Origin: an uncultured Bacilli bacterium
GTDB taxonomy: Bacteria; Bacillota_I; Bacilli_A; RF39; UBA660
NCBI GenBank assembly: GCA_944331955.1
Contig: CALVIY010000001.1
Coordinates: forward strand, 22,013 to 86,012
Reading direction: 5' to 3'
Length of the DNA stretch: 64,000 nt
Below, one piece after another: positions 48,401 through 56,803 of this stretch; the stretch's first letter is position 1; the number at the start of each line of letters is the position of its first letter. The notes under the pieces are model-generated. The model was not told where the DNA came from. It was given only the letters and a program-made list of their open reading frames with translations, and did not search any database. A program made the position numbers and the translations under genes.

Positions 48401-48754
48401 ATGGTTAATTATTTATTTTTAGTTATTATATTCTTATTTATGGCAATTGAAGTAGTTAGTGCTTATAAGTTTTTTAGATTTAAAAAGATTAAGTTAGGTA
48501 TATTTTCTACATTTTATTTTCTTATTACATTAATACTTACTTTAAGTTATTTTTCTACTAGAAATGTTTTAATAGAAAATGAATTAGAGAGTCTTATAAA
48601 TGGTATTAGCGAATTTAATTTGTTTGCAATATTAGTTATGTTACTTAATATAGGAATGATTGTAATAAGTACAATTAGTTATGTTAAAGTAATGCAATGG
48701 GGTAGATCTAATAAAGTGGAGAAGAAAAAGAAAAAATCTAATAAAAACTTGTAA
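48401..48754 (+). CDS. Small membrane protein (3-4 TM helices, Lys-rich tail)
   Basis: The ATG at 48401 follows AGGAGG. The tracked upstream start at 48350 overlaps ldh and is unlikely. Confidence 0.55.
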   Translation: MVNYLFLVIIFLFMAIEVVSAYKFFRFKKIKLGIFSTFYFLITLILTLSYFSTRNVLIENELESLINGISEFNLFAILVMLLNIGMIVISTISYVKVMQWGRSNKVEKKKKKSNKNL

Positions 48755-48810
48755 TAGATTTATTAGATATGTTATTATATAGATAATAATAGTAGAAAGA
48801 GGGTAAAAAT

Positions 48811-48858
48811 ATGAGAATGCTATGTTTACAACTTGTTACCTGGGGGGGGGCAGTTTAA
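48811..48858 (+). CDS. Candidate 15-codon leader uORF (MRMLCLQLVTWGGAV) containing the G9 tract
   Basis: The SD AAAGAGGG lies 7 nt upstream of the ATG; the G9 tract encodes W-G-G. Not in the ORF track because it is too short. Confidence 0.3.
   Translation: MRMLCLQLVTWGGAV
48842..48850 (+). repeat. Homopolymeric G9 tract
   Basis: TGGGGGGGGGC; the longest G/C run I noticed in this very AT-rich window. Confidence 0.95.
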
Positions 48859-48891
48859 TAGTAGTTTAGTTACTTTCTTTCATTATGACAT

Positions 48892-48922
48892 AAGAGCAGG
48901 ATAATTATATTCTGTTCTTTTT
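48892..48922 (+). terminator. Candidate leader hairpin/attenuator upstream of 48956
   Basis: 12-bp stem 48892-48903 / 48908-48919 (two G.U pairs) with loop ATTA, running into TTTTT. Confidence 0.4.
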
Positions 48923-48955
48923 AATGTTAGAAAAAAATAGTGGAGGAGTAGAAAA

Positions 48956-50860
48956 ATGAAGAAGAAAGAAAATATTATAATAATTGCAATATTAGTTATT
49001 ATGTTACTAGCAATAATAGGAGTAAGTTATGCAGCATTTAGTTTTAGTCAAACAGGTAGTGTTCCTAACAAGATTACAACAGGATCAATTACTATGACTT
49101 ATGAAGAAAGTGATAATACTATCACTTTAGGTAATGCCTTACCTACAACAGATGCGACAGGGACAACAAGATTAAAAGATGGAGAATACTTTGACTTTAC
49201 AGTTAGTAGTGAAATAACAGGAGAAGTTAATATTAATTATGAAATAAGTGCTAAAGAAGTAGGAGAAGGGACAATAGATGGTTCTAATATTAAGTTATAT
49301 TTAACTAGATTAACAGAAGATGGTGAAGAACAATCTTTAATGACACCTGAAGTATATAATGAAGAGACAACATCTAATAAGTTTACAGGTCGCCCTGCAG
49401 GAGAGATGAGTTTATATACTTCAAGCATGAATAGTAGTGAATCTAATGATTATAGACTTAGAATGTATGTAACTGAAGAATACAACCCTCAAGGAGATGG
49501 AGGAAATTTAACCTTTGCAGTAAAAGTAAATGTATATGGAAAAGATAGAGTAGGAGAAGAAGCATCAAAAGTAATTATAGAAAACTTAAATAGTGGAAGT
49601 ACTTATGATGATGGGTATGATACATTCATAACAGGAGAAGATCCTAATAATTATGTCTGGTATAGTGGAAAATTATGGAGAGCGATTAGTGTAAATAATG
49701 AAGAGAAGACAACTAAGTTAGTAACTCAGTGGAATATAAGCACGATTAATTATGATAATGATAGTAATGTTTTTGAAGGAAGTTATATGGAAGACTGGTT
49801 AAATGATACTACTGTAGATGGTTTCTTAGGGAATTTAAGAGAACCTGAAAAATTTATAGTAATGGATGCAAAGTGGAATGCTACATCAAGTGCTGGGGCA
49901 GCAAGGCCTCCTGAAACAACACTTGTAACAAATACAGTAGGACTACTTAACCTTTATGAATATATAACAAGCTGGAAAGGGACTACACCTTCAAAAGGAT
50001 ATTTAAATAATAAATTTAATTGGTGGACCTTAACGCCATATTCACCTGATTATAGTTATGCTATTACTAGCAGTACATCTACTGGGTATGACAGTAAAAG
50101 TTCAAATGGAGTCCGTCCATCAATAAATTTAAAGCCTAATGTCAAAATTGTAGATGGAGATGGTACAAAAGATAATCCATATAAGCTTGAAGGAGATAAT
50201 GATACTAATTTATCAGGGACTTTACTTTCAGGTAGATACAGTGGAGAGTATGTTCGGTTTGGTAATAATGAAAATAGTTTGTATAGAATAGTAAGTCATG
50301 AAAATGGAACTGGAACAAAGATAGCAAGTGCTGAACCATTAAAAGATTTAGGGACATTTAAGAAGTTAGCTTTTGGTAATGCTACAACATTTTCAAGTGA
50401 AAATACTATAGGAGCATTTTTAAATGGAGAGTATCTAACAAATTATGTAGATAGTGCATATAGAGATATGATAGAAGATAGTACAACTTGGTATTTAGGA
50501 ACAGTAGGTAGAGGTGCATCATACAAATTAGCCAAATATACAGATGAAAATGGTAATATATTAACATCAAGTACAGCAGATGCTAAAGTTGGTTTATTAA
50601 GAGGTGGGGAGTTACTGTCAGGACAATTTACCAATGTTGAAGCTAATTATAATACGAATACTCTCCCAATATATTTTACTTTGACACCGTATGGTATTGA
50701 TGATACCGTTGTATGTATTTATACTTGGTTTGGATATAGTAATTCATGTAATGTTACTTCTTTGAAAGCTATACGCCCAACCCTAAATCTAAAACAAAAC
50801 GTAGTAATAACATCTGGTGATGGTACTAAAAATAATCCCTTTAATCTGTCAATTAATTGA
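48956..50860 (+). CDS. Large secreted protein: TasA/camelysin-like (SipW-type) signal peptide, beta-rich N-domain, two DUF6273-like modules
   Basis: N-terminus MKKKENIIIIAILVIMLLAIIGVSYAAFSFSQTG resembles the G.TYAYFSD-type signal. Two ~200-aa modules each end in WWTLTPY/YFTLTPY ... (V/I)RP(S/T)(I/L)NLK.NV.I..GDGTK.NP(Y/F). Confidence 0.75.
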   Translation: MKKKENIIIIAILVIMLLAIIGVSYAAFSFSQTGSVPNKITTGSITMTYEESDNTITLGNALPTTDATGTTRLKDGEYFDFTVSSEITGEVNINYEISAKEVGEGTIDGSNIKLYLTRLTEDGEEQSLMTPEVYNEETTSNKFTGRPAGEMSLYTSSMNSSESNDYRLRMYVTEEYNPQGDGGNLTFAVKVNVYGKDRVGEEASKVIIENLNSGSTYDDGYDTFITGEDPNNYVWYSGKLWRAISVNNEEKTTKLVTQWNISTINYDNDSNVFEGSYMEDWLNDTTVDGFLGNLREPEKFIVMDAKWNATSSAGAARPPETTLVTNTVGLLNLYEYITSWKGTTPSKGYLNNKFNWWTLTPYSPDYSYAITSSTSTGYDSKSSNGVRPSINLKPNVKIVDGDGTKDNPYKLEGDNDTNLSGTLLSGRYSGEYVRFGNNENSLYRIVSHENGTGTKIASAEPLKDLGTFKKLAFGNATTFSSENTIGAFLNGEYLTNYVDSAYRDMIEDSTTWYLGTVGRGASYKLAKYTDENGNILTSSTADAKVGLLRGGELLSGQFTNVEANYNTNTLPIYFTLTPYGIDDTVVCIYTWFGYSNSCNVTSLKAIRPTLNLKQNVVITSGDGTKNNPFNLSIN

Positions 50861-50871
50861 TACAAAATAAA

Positions 50872-50903
50872 GAAAGTGAGAAACTATTTATTCTCACTTT
50901 TTA
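50872..50903. terminator. Bidirectional terminator between convergent genes
   Basis: GAAAGTGAGAA / TTCTCACTTTT stem flanked by A and T runs. Confidence 0.75.
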
Positions 50904-52238
50904 TAATATTTCATCATCATTTGTTTTTTCTTCAACGTTTATAATTTGGGGTTCTACTTTATTTTCTTCTTCTAATTGTTCTTCTTTTTTAATATCTTCT
51001 TCATATTTAATGCCTCTTATCTTACAATAGATATCTAAATCATCATCAACATCAATAATTTTATATATCTCATCAAAAGAAGTAGAGCCATCTAATACTT
51101 TTAAAAGACCATCTTGTAACATTGTAATAACATCTGATTTATATACTAATTTATTTAAATCATCTTTTTCTAGAGATTCTTCATTTAAAGCATTTCTAAT
51201 CTCATCATTAATCATTAATACTTCTTGAATAGCAATACGTCCATGATAACCGTTATTACACTTATCACAACCTTCAGGATTAGCATTATATATTTCATCA
51301 ACATCTTTATCTAAAGCCATCTTAAAGACCTTTTTTTGATATGGTGTAGTCTTTTCTTTAATACGACAGTGAGGACATATCATTTTAGCAAGCTTTTGTG
51401 AAATAATACCAGATAGGGCACTAGATAATAAATATCTTTCAACGTTCATATCTAGTAATCTTTCAATAGTACTTAAAGAGTTATTAGTATGGATTGTAGA
51501 TAATACTAAGTGACCAGTTATAGATGCTCTAACTGCTATTTTTGCTGTTTCACTATCACGAATTTCTCCTATTAGAATAACATTGGGATCTTGTCTTAAA
51601 ATAGATCTTAAAACAGTTGCAAAGTCTAGTCCTATTTCACTATTAACTTGAACTTGGTTTAATCCTTCTAGATTCATTTCTATTGGATCTTCTACTGTTA
51701 TAATATTAGTTTCTTTCTTATTTAAAACTTGTAAGATAGAGTAAACTGTTGTACTTTTACCAGAACCAGTCGCACCAGTTATTAGAATAATACCATTAGG
51801 TTCAGCGATCATCTTCTTTAACTTTTTAAAATTATCTTCGTTAAAACCAAGAGAGCCTATTCCTTCTAAACTCCTTGAATAATCAAGAATACGGATAACA
51901 CATTTTTCTCCTTCATTTGTAGGTAGAGTAGAAACACGTGTTTCTAAATTAATGCCTTTAATATTTCCTTTAATAGAACCATCTTGTGGTAATCTACTTT
52001 CAGTAATATTCATATTAGCGATAAGTTTAATTCTAGTAATTAAATTTCTTTCATATATTTTAGGTATTTCTGTATAATCTTGTAAATCTCCATCTATTCT
52101 AATTCTAACCATTAAAGAATTTTCTCTTGGATCAAAGTGAATATCACTAGCACCTGCTTTTGAAGCATTGGCAATAATATCATCTACAACATTAACAATA
52201 GGTGTTTTTGTCATATCATACGTTACCAAAAGTATCAA
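50901..52238 (-). CDS. Type II/IV secretion-family ATPase (PilB/GspE/ComGA-like)
   Basis: DIHFDP, Walker A GATGSGKST, Asp box ITVEDPIE, Walker B ILIGEIRD, His box TGHLVLSTIH, tetracysteine CPHC...CDKC. The true start is probably the TTG at 52229 or the ATG at 52214. Confidence 0.85.
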   Translation of the reverse strand: MILLVTYDMTKTPIVNVVDDIIANASKAGASDIHFDPRENSLMVRIRIDGDLQDYTEIPKIYERNLITRIKLIANMNITESRLPQDGSIKGNIKGINLETRVSTLPTNEGEKCVIRILDYSRSLEGIGSLGFNEDNFKKLKKMIAEPNGIILITGATGSGKSTTVYSILQVLNKKETNIITVEDPIEMNLEGLNQVQVNSEIGLDFATVLRSILRQDPNVILIGEIRDSETAKIAVRASITGHLVLSTIHTNNSLSTIERLLDMNVERYLLSSALSGIISQKLAKMICPHCRIKEKTTPYQKKVFKMALDKDVDEIYNANPEGCDKCNNGYHGRIAIQEVLMINDEIRNALNEESLEKDDLNKLVYKSDVITMLQDGLLKVLDGSTSFDEIYKIIDVDDDLDIYCKIRGIKYEEDIKKEEQLEEENKVEPQIINVEEKTNDDEIL

Positions 52239-52316
52239 CCCCTTTACTTTATTCCATTCTTTTACTATAATATATTATATAGTAAGAATAACTTAATTAC
52301 AAGAGGGAGTATAAAA

Positions 52317-52859
52317 ATGAAAGATAAAAAAGTGTTAAATAGAAAAGGTTTTATGTTAGTAGAAACATTAATAGTTGGTGTTTTTATTATGGGAATTTTT
52401 TCTTTACTTTATACTAATTTCTTTCCTCTTATTGGAGAATATGAAAGATATAAGAACTATGATACAGTAGAAGCTACTTATATTGTTCATTGGGCTAGAA
52501 TGATAGCCTTAAAAGGACTTACTGAATCTAGTTATACATCTGCTAGAAGTAAAGGTTATGTTGATATAAGTGATTGTTCTATATATACAAATAATGATTG
52601 GCAAATGTATTGTGAATCTTTTAAGGTTTCTAATAATGTAGAAAAGATATATTTAACAACATATTCAACTACTAAGTTTAAAAACTATATTAAAGATAAT
52701 AGTGCTTTTTCTAGAAGATTTAGAGAATATATTTCTTATTTACCTACTTATAGTAAAAATACTAGTAAAACTCCTGCTAATGGATACTACAGAGTAATTA
52801 TTGAGTATGTTTCTAATAATGATTATAAATATGGAAATATAGAGTTATTTAGAGGTTAG
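52317..52859 (+). CDS. Prepilin-type (class III signal peptide) pilin/pseudopilin
   Basis: NRKG/FMLVETLIVGVFIMGIF: Gly at -1, Glu at +5, hydrophobic helix. Confidence 0.75.
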   Translation: MKDKKVLNRKGFMLVETLIVGVFIMGIFSLLYTNFFPLIGEYERYKNYDTVEATYIVHWARMIALKGLTESSYTSARSKGYVDISDCSIYTNNDWQMYCESFKVSNNVEKIYLTTYSTTKFKNYIKDNSAFSRRFREYISYLPTYSKNTSKTPANGYYRVIIEYVSNNDYKYGNIELFRG

Positions 52860-52867
52860 GTGATCTT

Positions 52868-53374
52868 ATGAATTTAAATAGAAAAGGTATTACATCAGTA
52901 GAGTTATTAGTTAGTTTTATTATTATTTCTACTATTGTTGTTAGTATGTATAATTTAATATTAAATTATCGTAATAGAGAACAGATAGAAGAGATTAATA
53001 ATGAAGTAATCGCTTATAGTAATAATCTTCAAGAAATTATTCAAACTGATTTAATTCAAGGACATTTAGTTGATGTTACTAATGTTAGTAGTACTTTACG
53101 TTCTGCTACTTTATCATTTGATAATCCTAGTAGTTATAAAACTAGTATTAGTATTAGTCCAAGCAGTGGAGTTATTAGTTATGGTAGAAGTGGTGATACT
53201 ATTAGATATGAAATACCTAATATACCTGATTTAACTTTATCTGATGAGTCTAAAATAGAATATTTAGCAGGTAGTAATGGTTATTTAAAGATTACTATTA
53301 TTTTAAATCATCCTAATTTTCCTAATGGGACATATTCTTTTATGATAAATGCTCCTGTTAATTATATATATTAA
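52868..53374 (+). CDS. Prepilin-type pilin/pseudopilin
   Basis: NRKG/ITSVELLVSFIIISTIVV: Gly at -1, Glu at +5. Confidence 0.7.
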   Translation: MNLNRKGITSVELLVSFIIISTIVVSMYNLILNYRNREQIEEINNEVIAYSNNLQEIIQTDLIQGHLVDVTNVSSTLRSATLSFDNPSSYKTSISISPSSGVISYGRSGDTIRYEIPNIPDLTLSDESKIEYLAGSNGYLKITIILNHPNFPNGTYSFMINAPVNYIY

Positions 53375-54282
53375 AATGTAATATATAATAGGAGTGCTAT
53401 AGAAGTTTGTAAGACTCTACCTAGAAGAAAATATTTATATTCGATATTTTCTTCTTTTATATTATTAATTACTTGTAAGTGAACTGAGAAACCTCCAAAT
53501 GTTATAAATGTTAAGACAATTAAGCCTCTTATATAGTTATTAGTACTAATTGTTGGTACTAGACTAATACCACTTGTCATATCTAGAATGCCTGTTATTA
53601 TTGTTTCATAAAAAGGATTTAATGATAGAAAGGTAGTTAGTAATTTACTAAAGAACATAAAGAAAGTAATACTTCCTAGCATAAATAATAATAGTTTAAT
53701 AGCATCATTTATCGCTTTAGGTAAGGCTTCTAAAAAGGTATTGTTATTAGATATATTTATTTTTTTAGTTGTTATTATTTCTTTAGGTTTTAGAATTATT
53801 CCAAGAATTAGATTAGCGATAATTTGAATAATTAATATTTTATAAGCAAGGGATATGCTATTTAAAATAGTTCCACATGTTCCTAATATAAATAGGGGAT
53901 TAGCGAAATGCGTAAAGGTTAAAAGATAGTTAGCAGTATCTTTATCAATAATTTTGTTTTTTAGACTTTCTTTTATATATTTAGAACCACTAGGAAAACC
54001 TGATATAATACTAACTAAAATAATAAAAGAACTATTGCCTTCCACATGAAATAATCTTTTAAAAAGAGGGTTTAGTTTATTACTTATTTTAGGGGCTATA
54101 CCTAATTCTAAAAGAAGAGATGCTAGGACAAAGAAGGGAAATATAGAAGGGAATAATTTATTTTTAAAAATATTTATACTTAAAATTCCACTTTCTACAA
54201 TTAAAGTGGGATTAATAAAAATACCTAAGTATAAAAATAGTATTATGAGTACTGCTAATAATTCTTGATATTTTCTTTTCAT
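53371..54282 (-). CDS. YlbJ-like / nucleoside-recognition-type integral membrane protein
   Basis: Polytopic; KLFPSIFPFFVLASLLLELGI motif; adjacent and divergent to a ylbL-like gene, consistent with ylbJ-ylbL proximity in Bacillus. Confidence 0.5.
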   Translation of the reverse strand: MKRKYQELLAVLIILFLYLGIFINPTLIVESGILSINIFKNKLFPSIFPFFVLASLLLELGIAPKISNKLNPLFKRLFHVEGNSSFIILVSIISGFPSGSKYIKESLKNKIIDKDTANYLLTFTHFANPLFILGTCGTILNSISLAYKILIIQIIANLILGIILKPKEIITTKKINISNNNTFLEALPKAINDAIKLLLFMLGSITFFMFFSKLLTTFLSLNPFYETIITGILDMTSGISLVPTISTNNYIRGLIVLTFITFGGFSVHLQVINNIKEENIEYKYFLLGRVLQTSIALLLYITF

Positions 54283-54327
54283 AAAATTACCTTCTTTTGG
54301 TATAATGTAATAGTAAGGTGTGATGAT

Positions 54328-55350
54328 ATGTTTAATAAATTTTATTTAAGATTTAAAAAATTTATGAAAGATTATTATAAAACTATTATTTTACTAATAG
54401 TTTGTTATTTTGTATTTACTTTTCCATTGCCATATTATATTTATGCAGGGGGAGGGACTATTAATATTAATGATAGAGTAGTAATTGATAATGATAATAG
54501 TAATAGTAAAGGGTCTTTAAACTTTGCTTATGTAAAAGAATTAGAGGGTAATGTGGCATCTTTTATATTAGGTAATATTATTCCAGGATATGATATAGAA
54601 AAACAAGAGGATGTAGAGTTAAATGAAGATGAGACTAGTGAAGATATTATGTTTAGGAATAGAATGTATTTAGAAAATGCTAATCAGACTGCCATTATGC
54701 TAGCGTATAACAAAGCAGGTAAAGAGATAAGTATAAGTCGCAAGCATTTTTATGTTATTTATGTTGAAGAAAAAGAAGAGGATGGGCTAAGAGTAGGTGA
54801 TGAATTAGTAAAAGTTAATGATAAAGAGATTGATAGTGTAGAGGATTATACTAATGAAATACAAAATTATGAAGTTGGAGATAAAATTAAAGTAACAGTT
54901 ATTAGAAATGATAAAGAGGTTGATGTAACAGCGACTGTTAAAAAGGGAGAAGATTATAAGGTAACAGGGGTTTCTGTTAGTACTATTTATGAATATAAGA
55001 CTAATCCTAAGGTTGAACTTAAGTTTAAAGATAGTGAGGGTGGTCCTAGTGGAGGTTTAATGTTAACACTTGCTATTTATGATAAATTAACTGATTGTGA
55101 TTTAACTAATGGTTTAAAAATAGTTGGAACTGGTACTATAAGTAGTGATGGTACTGTTGGGGAAATCGGTGGTGTTAAATATAAGTTAAATGGTGCGGTA
55201 AAAGATAAGGCAGACTTGTTTTTAGTGCCTAAAGGAGATAATTATAAAGAAGCATTAAAAGAAAAAGAGAAGAACGATTATGATATTGAAATTAAGGCAA
55301 TAGGAACATTTGATGAGGCAGTATCTTATCTAGAAAGTTTAGAGTCTTAA
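54328..55350 (+). CDS. PDZ-domain Lon-like S16 serine protease (YlbL/SepM family)
   Basis: N-terminal TM, PDZ (GLRVGDELVKVNDKEI), Lon-C motifs GPSGGLMLTLAIYD and GTGTISSDGTVGEIGGVKYK. The ATG at 54328 follows AAGGTG. Confidence 0.78.
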   Translation: MFNKFYLRFKKFMKDYYKTIILLIVCYFVFTFPLPYYIYAGGGTININDRVVIDNDNSNSKGSLNFAYVKELEGNVASFILGNIIPGYDIEKQEDVELNEDETSEDIMFRNRMYLENANQTAIMLAYNKAGKEISISRKHFYVIYVEEKEEDGLRVGDELVKVNDKEIDSVEDYTNEIQNYEVGDKIKVTVIRNDKEVDVTATVKKGEDYKVTGVSVSTIYEYKTNPKVELKFKDSEGGPSGGLMLTLAIYDKLTDCDLTNGLKIVGTGTISSDGTVGEIGGVKYKLNGAVKDKADLFLVPKGDNYKEALKEKEKNDYDIEIKAIGTFDEAVSYLESLES

Positions 55351-55356
55351 AAAAAG

Positions 55357-55432
55357 TCACGGAATAAAATTACAAAATCTCACGGAATAGATTCCTTAAA
55401 AAGTGTTCAATAAAAGCCTTAAAAAATGTTCA
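55357..55432 (+). promoter_or_regulatory. Two pairs of direct repeats, each spaced 23 bp
   Basis: TCACGGAATA at 55357 and 55380; CCTTAAAAA(G/A)TGTTCA at 55394 and 55417. Confidence 0.35.
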
Positions 55433-55487
55433 TTTAACTTGATAAATAGTTAAAACTATGGTAAGTTAATAGCAGGAGGAATAAATT

Positions 55488-56768
55488 ATGAGCTTAAGAG
55501 AAAAAGATTATAAAGAAAGATTAATAGATAAGAAAATAGACCGTTATCTAGAAACTTTTGGAGCGATTTTAATTGAAGGACCTAAATGGTGTGGTAAGAC
55601 TTGGACTGCTTTAAATCATGCAGAAAGTGCATCTTACGTTACCGAAACTTCTACTAAAAGACTTGCTTTAATAAATCCTAAAAATATTTTTTCAGATGAA
55701 AGACCTCAATTAATAGATGAATGGCAAATTGTCCCTTCTATTTGGGATTCGGTAAGACATGAGTGTGATAGGGGAAAAGGGCCAGGTAATTTTATTTTAA
55801 CTGGTTCTACAACATTAAAAAAAGAAATTCAAGGAAAACAGGTGTATCATTCTGGAGCAGGGAGAATTGCGAGACTTAAAATGGAAACAATGAGTCTTTT
55901 TGAATCAGGAGATTCAAGTGGTATTGTTTCTATAACCGATATGTTTGAAAATAAAAATATTAACAAGAATACTGGGGAAGTAAAAATTAGAGAACTTGCT
56001 AGTCTCTTGATAAGGGGAGGATGGCCAGAAAGCTTAAAGGTGAAGAAAGAAAATTATCCATTAATACCAAAGAGTTATATTGAGTCGATATTAAATGTAG
56101 AATTAGATGAAGAAGATAAAGTAAGAGATAAAAATAAAATGAATATGTTATTAAAATCTTTAGCAAGAAATGAATCTACAATAGTAAGTAATAAAACTCT
56201 TATAAAAGATATTGAAGAATATGAGACTGGTAATGATATATTATCTAGTAGAACTACACTTTTGGATTATTTAGACTTTCTTGAAAGGCTACATTTAATA
56301 AAAAATCAAGAGTCATATAGTTTAAATTATCGTTCTCCTGAAAGAGTAGGTAAATCAGTAAAAAGACATTTTGTTGATCCTTCTTTAGCTTGTTCCCTTT
56401 TAAATCTTACTGAAGATAAATTAATGAAGGATTTAAATACATTTGGTTTTCTTTTTGAAGCTCTTGTAGAAAGAGACTTAAGAATTTATATGGATTATTT
56501 AGATGGTAAAATATATCATTTTAGAGATAATGTTAGTGGCTTAGAAGTAGATACAATACTAGAGTTTGAAGATGGAGAATATGCTGCAGTTGAAATAAAA
56601 CTAGGGTATAATGAAGTAGATGATGCAATTAAAAATTTAAAAGAGTTTTATAATAATATGATAAAAAAACCTAAATTTATGTGTGTTATAGTTGGAGTTT
56701 TAGAAGCTGCTTATAAAGATCCTGATACCTCTATTTATGTAGTACCAATAACAGCTTTAAAACCATAA
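55488..56768 (+). CDS. AAA/DUF4143-family ATPase with a C-terminal PD-(D/E)xK-like module (second copy in the window)
   Basis: Walker A GPKWCGKT, Walker B LIDEWQ; C-terminal LEVDTIL...AAVEIKLG nuclease-like motif. Confidence 0.7.
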   Translation: MSLREKDYKERLIDKKIDRYLETFGAILIEGPKWCGKTWTALNHAESASYVTETSTKRLALINPKNIFSDERPQLIDEWQIVPSIWDSVRHECDRGKGPGNFILTGSTTLKKEIQGKQVYHSGAGRIARLKMETMSLFESGDSSGIVSITDMFENKNINKNTGEVKIRELASLLIRGGWPESLKVKKENYPLIPKSYIESILNVELDEEDKVRDKNKMNMLLKSLARNESTIVSNKTLIKDIEEYETGNDILSSRTTLLDYLDFLERLHLIKNQESYSLNYRSPERVGKSVKRHFVDPSLACSLLNLTEDKLMKDLNTFGFLFEALVERDLRIYMDYLDGKIYHFRDNVSGLEVDTILEFEDGEYAAVEIKLGYNEVDDAIKNLKEFYNNMIKKPKFMCVIVGVLEAAYKDPDTSIYVVPITALKP

Positions 56769-56772
56769 GAAA

Positions 56773-56803
56773 AAGAGATAAGTTTGTTTGCTTATCTCTT
56801 TAT
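56773..56803. terminator. Bidirectional terminator between convergent genes
   Basis: AAGAGATAAG-TTTGTTTG-CTTATCTCTT perfect 10-bp stem. Confidence 0.75.

Noticed and set aside
48833-48866. Model in which the G9 tract is the spacer of a -35/-10 promoter (TTGTTA-17-TAATAG), as in Bordetella fim genes.
   Set aside because: The putative -10 is weak (3/6). The tract is better explained as part of an SD-preceded uORF. It is kept only as an alternative to test.
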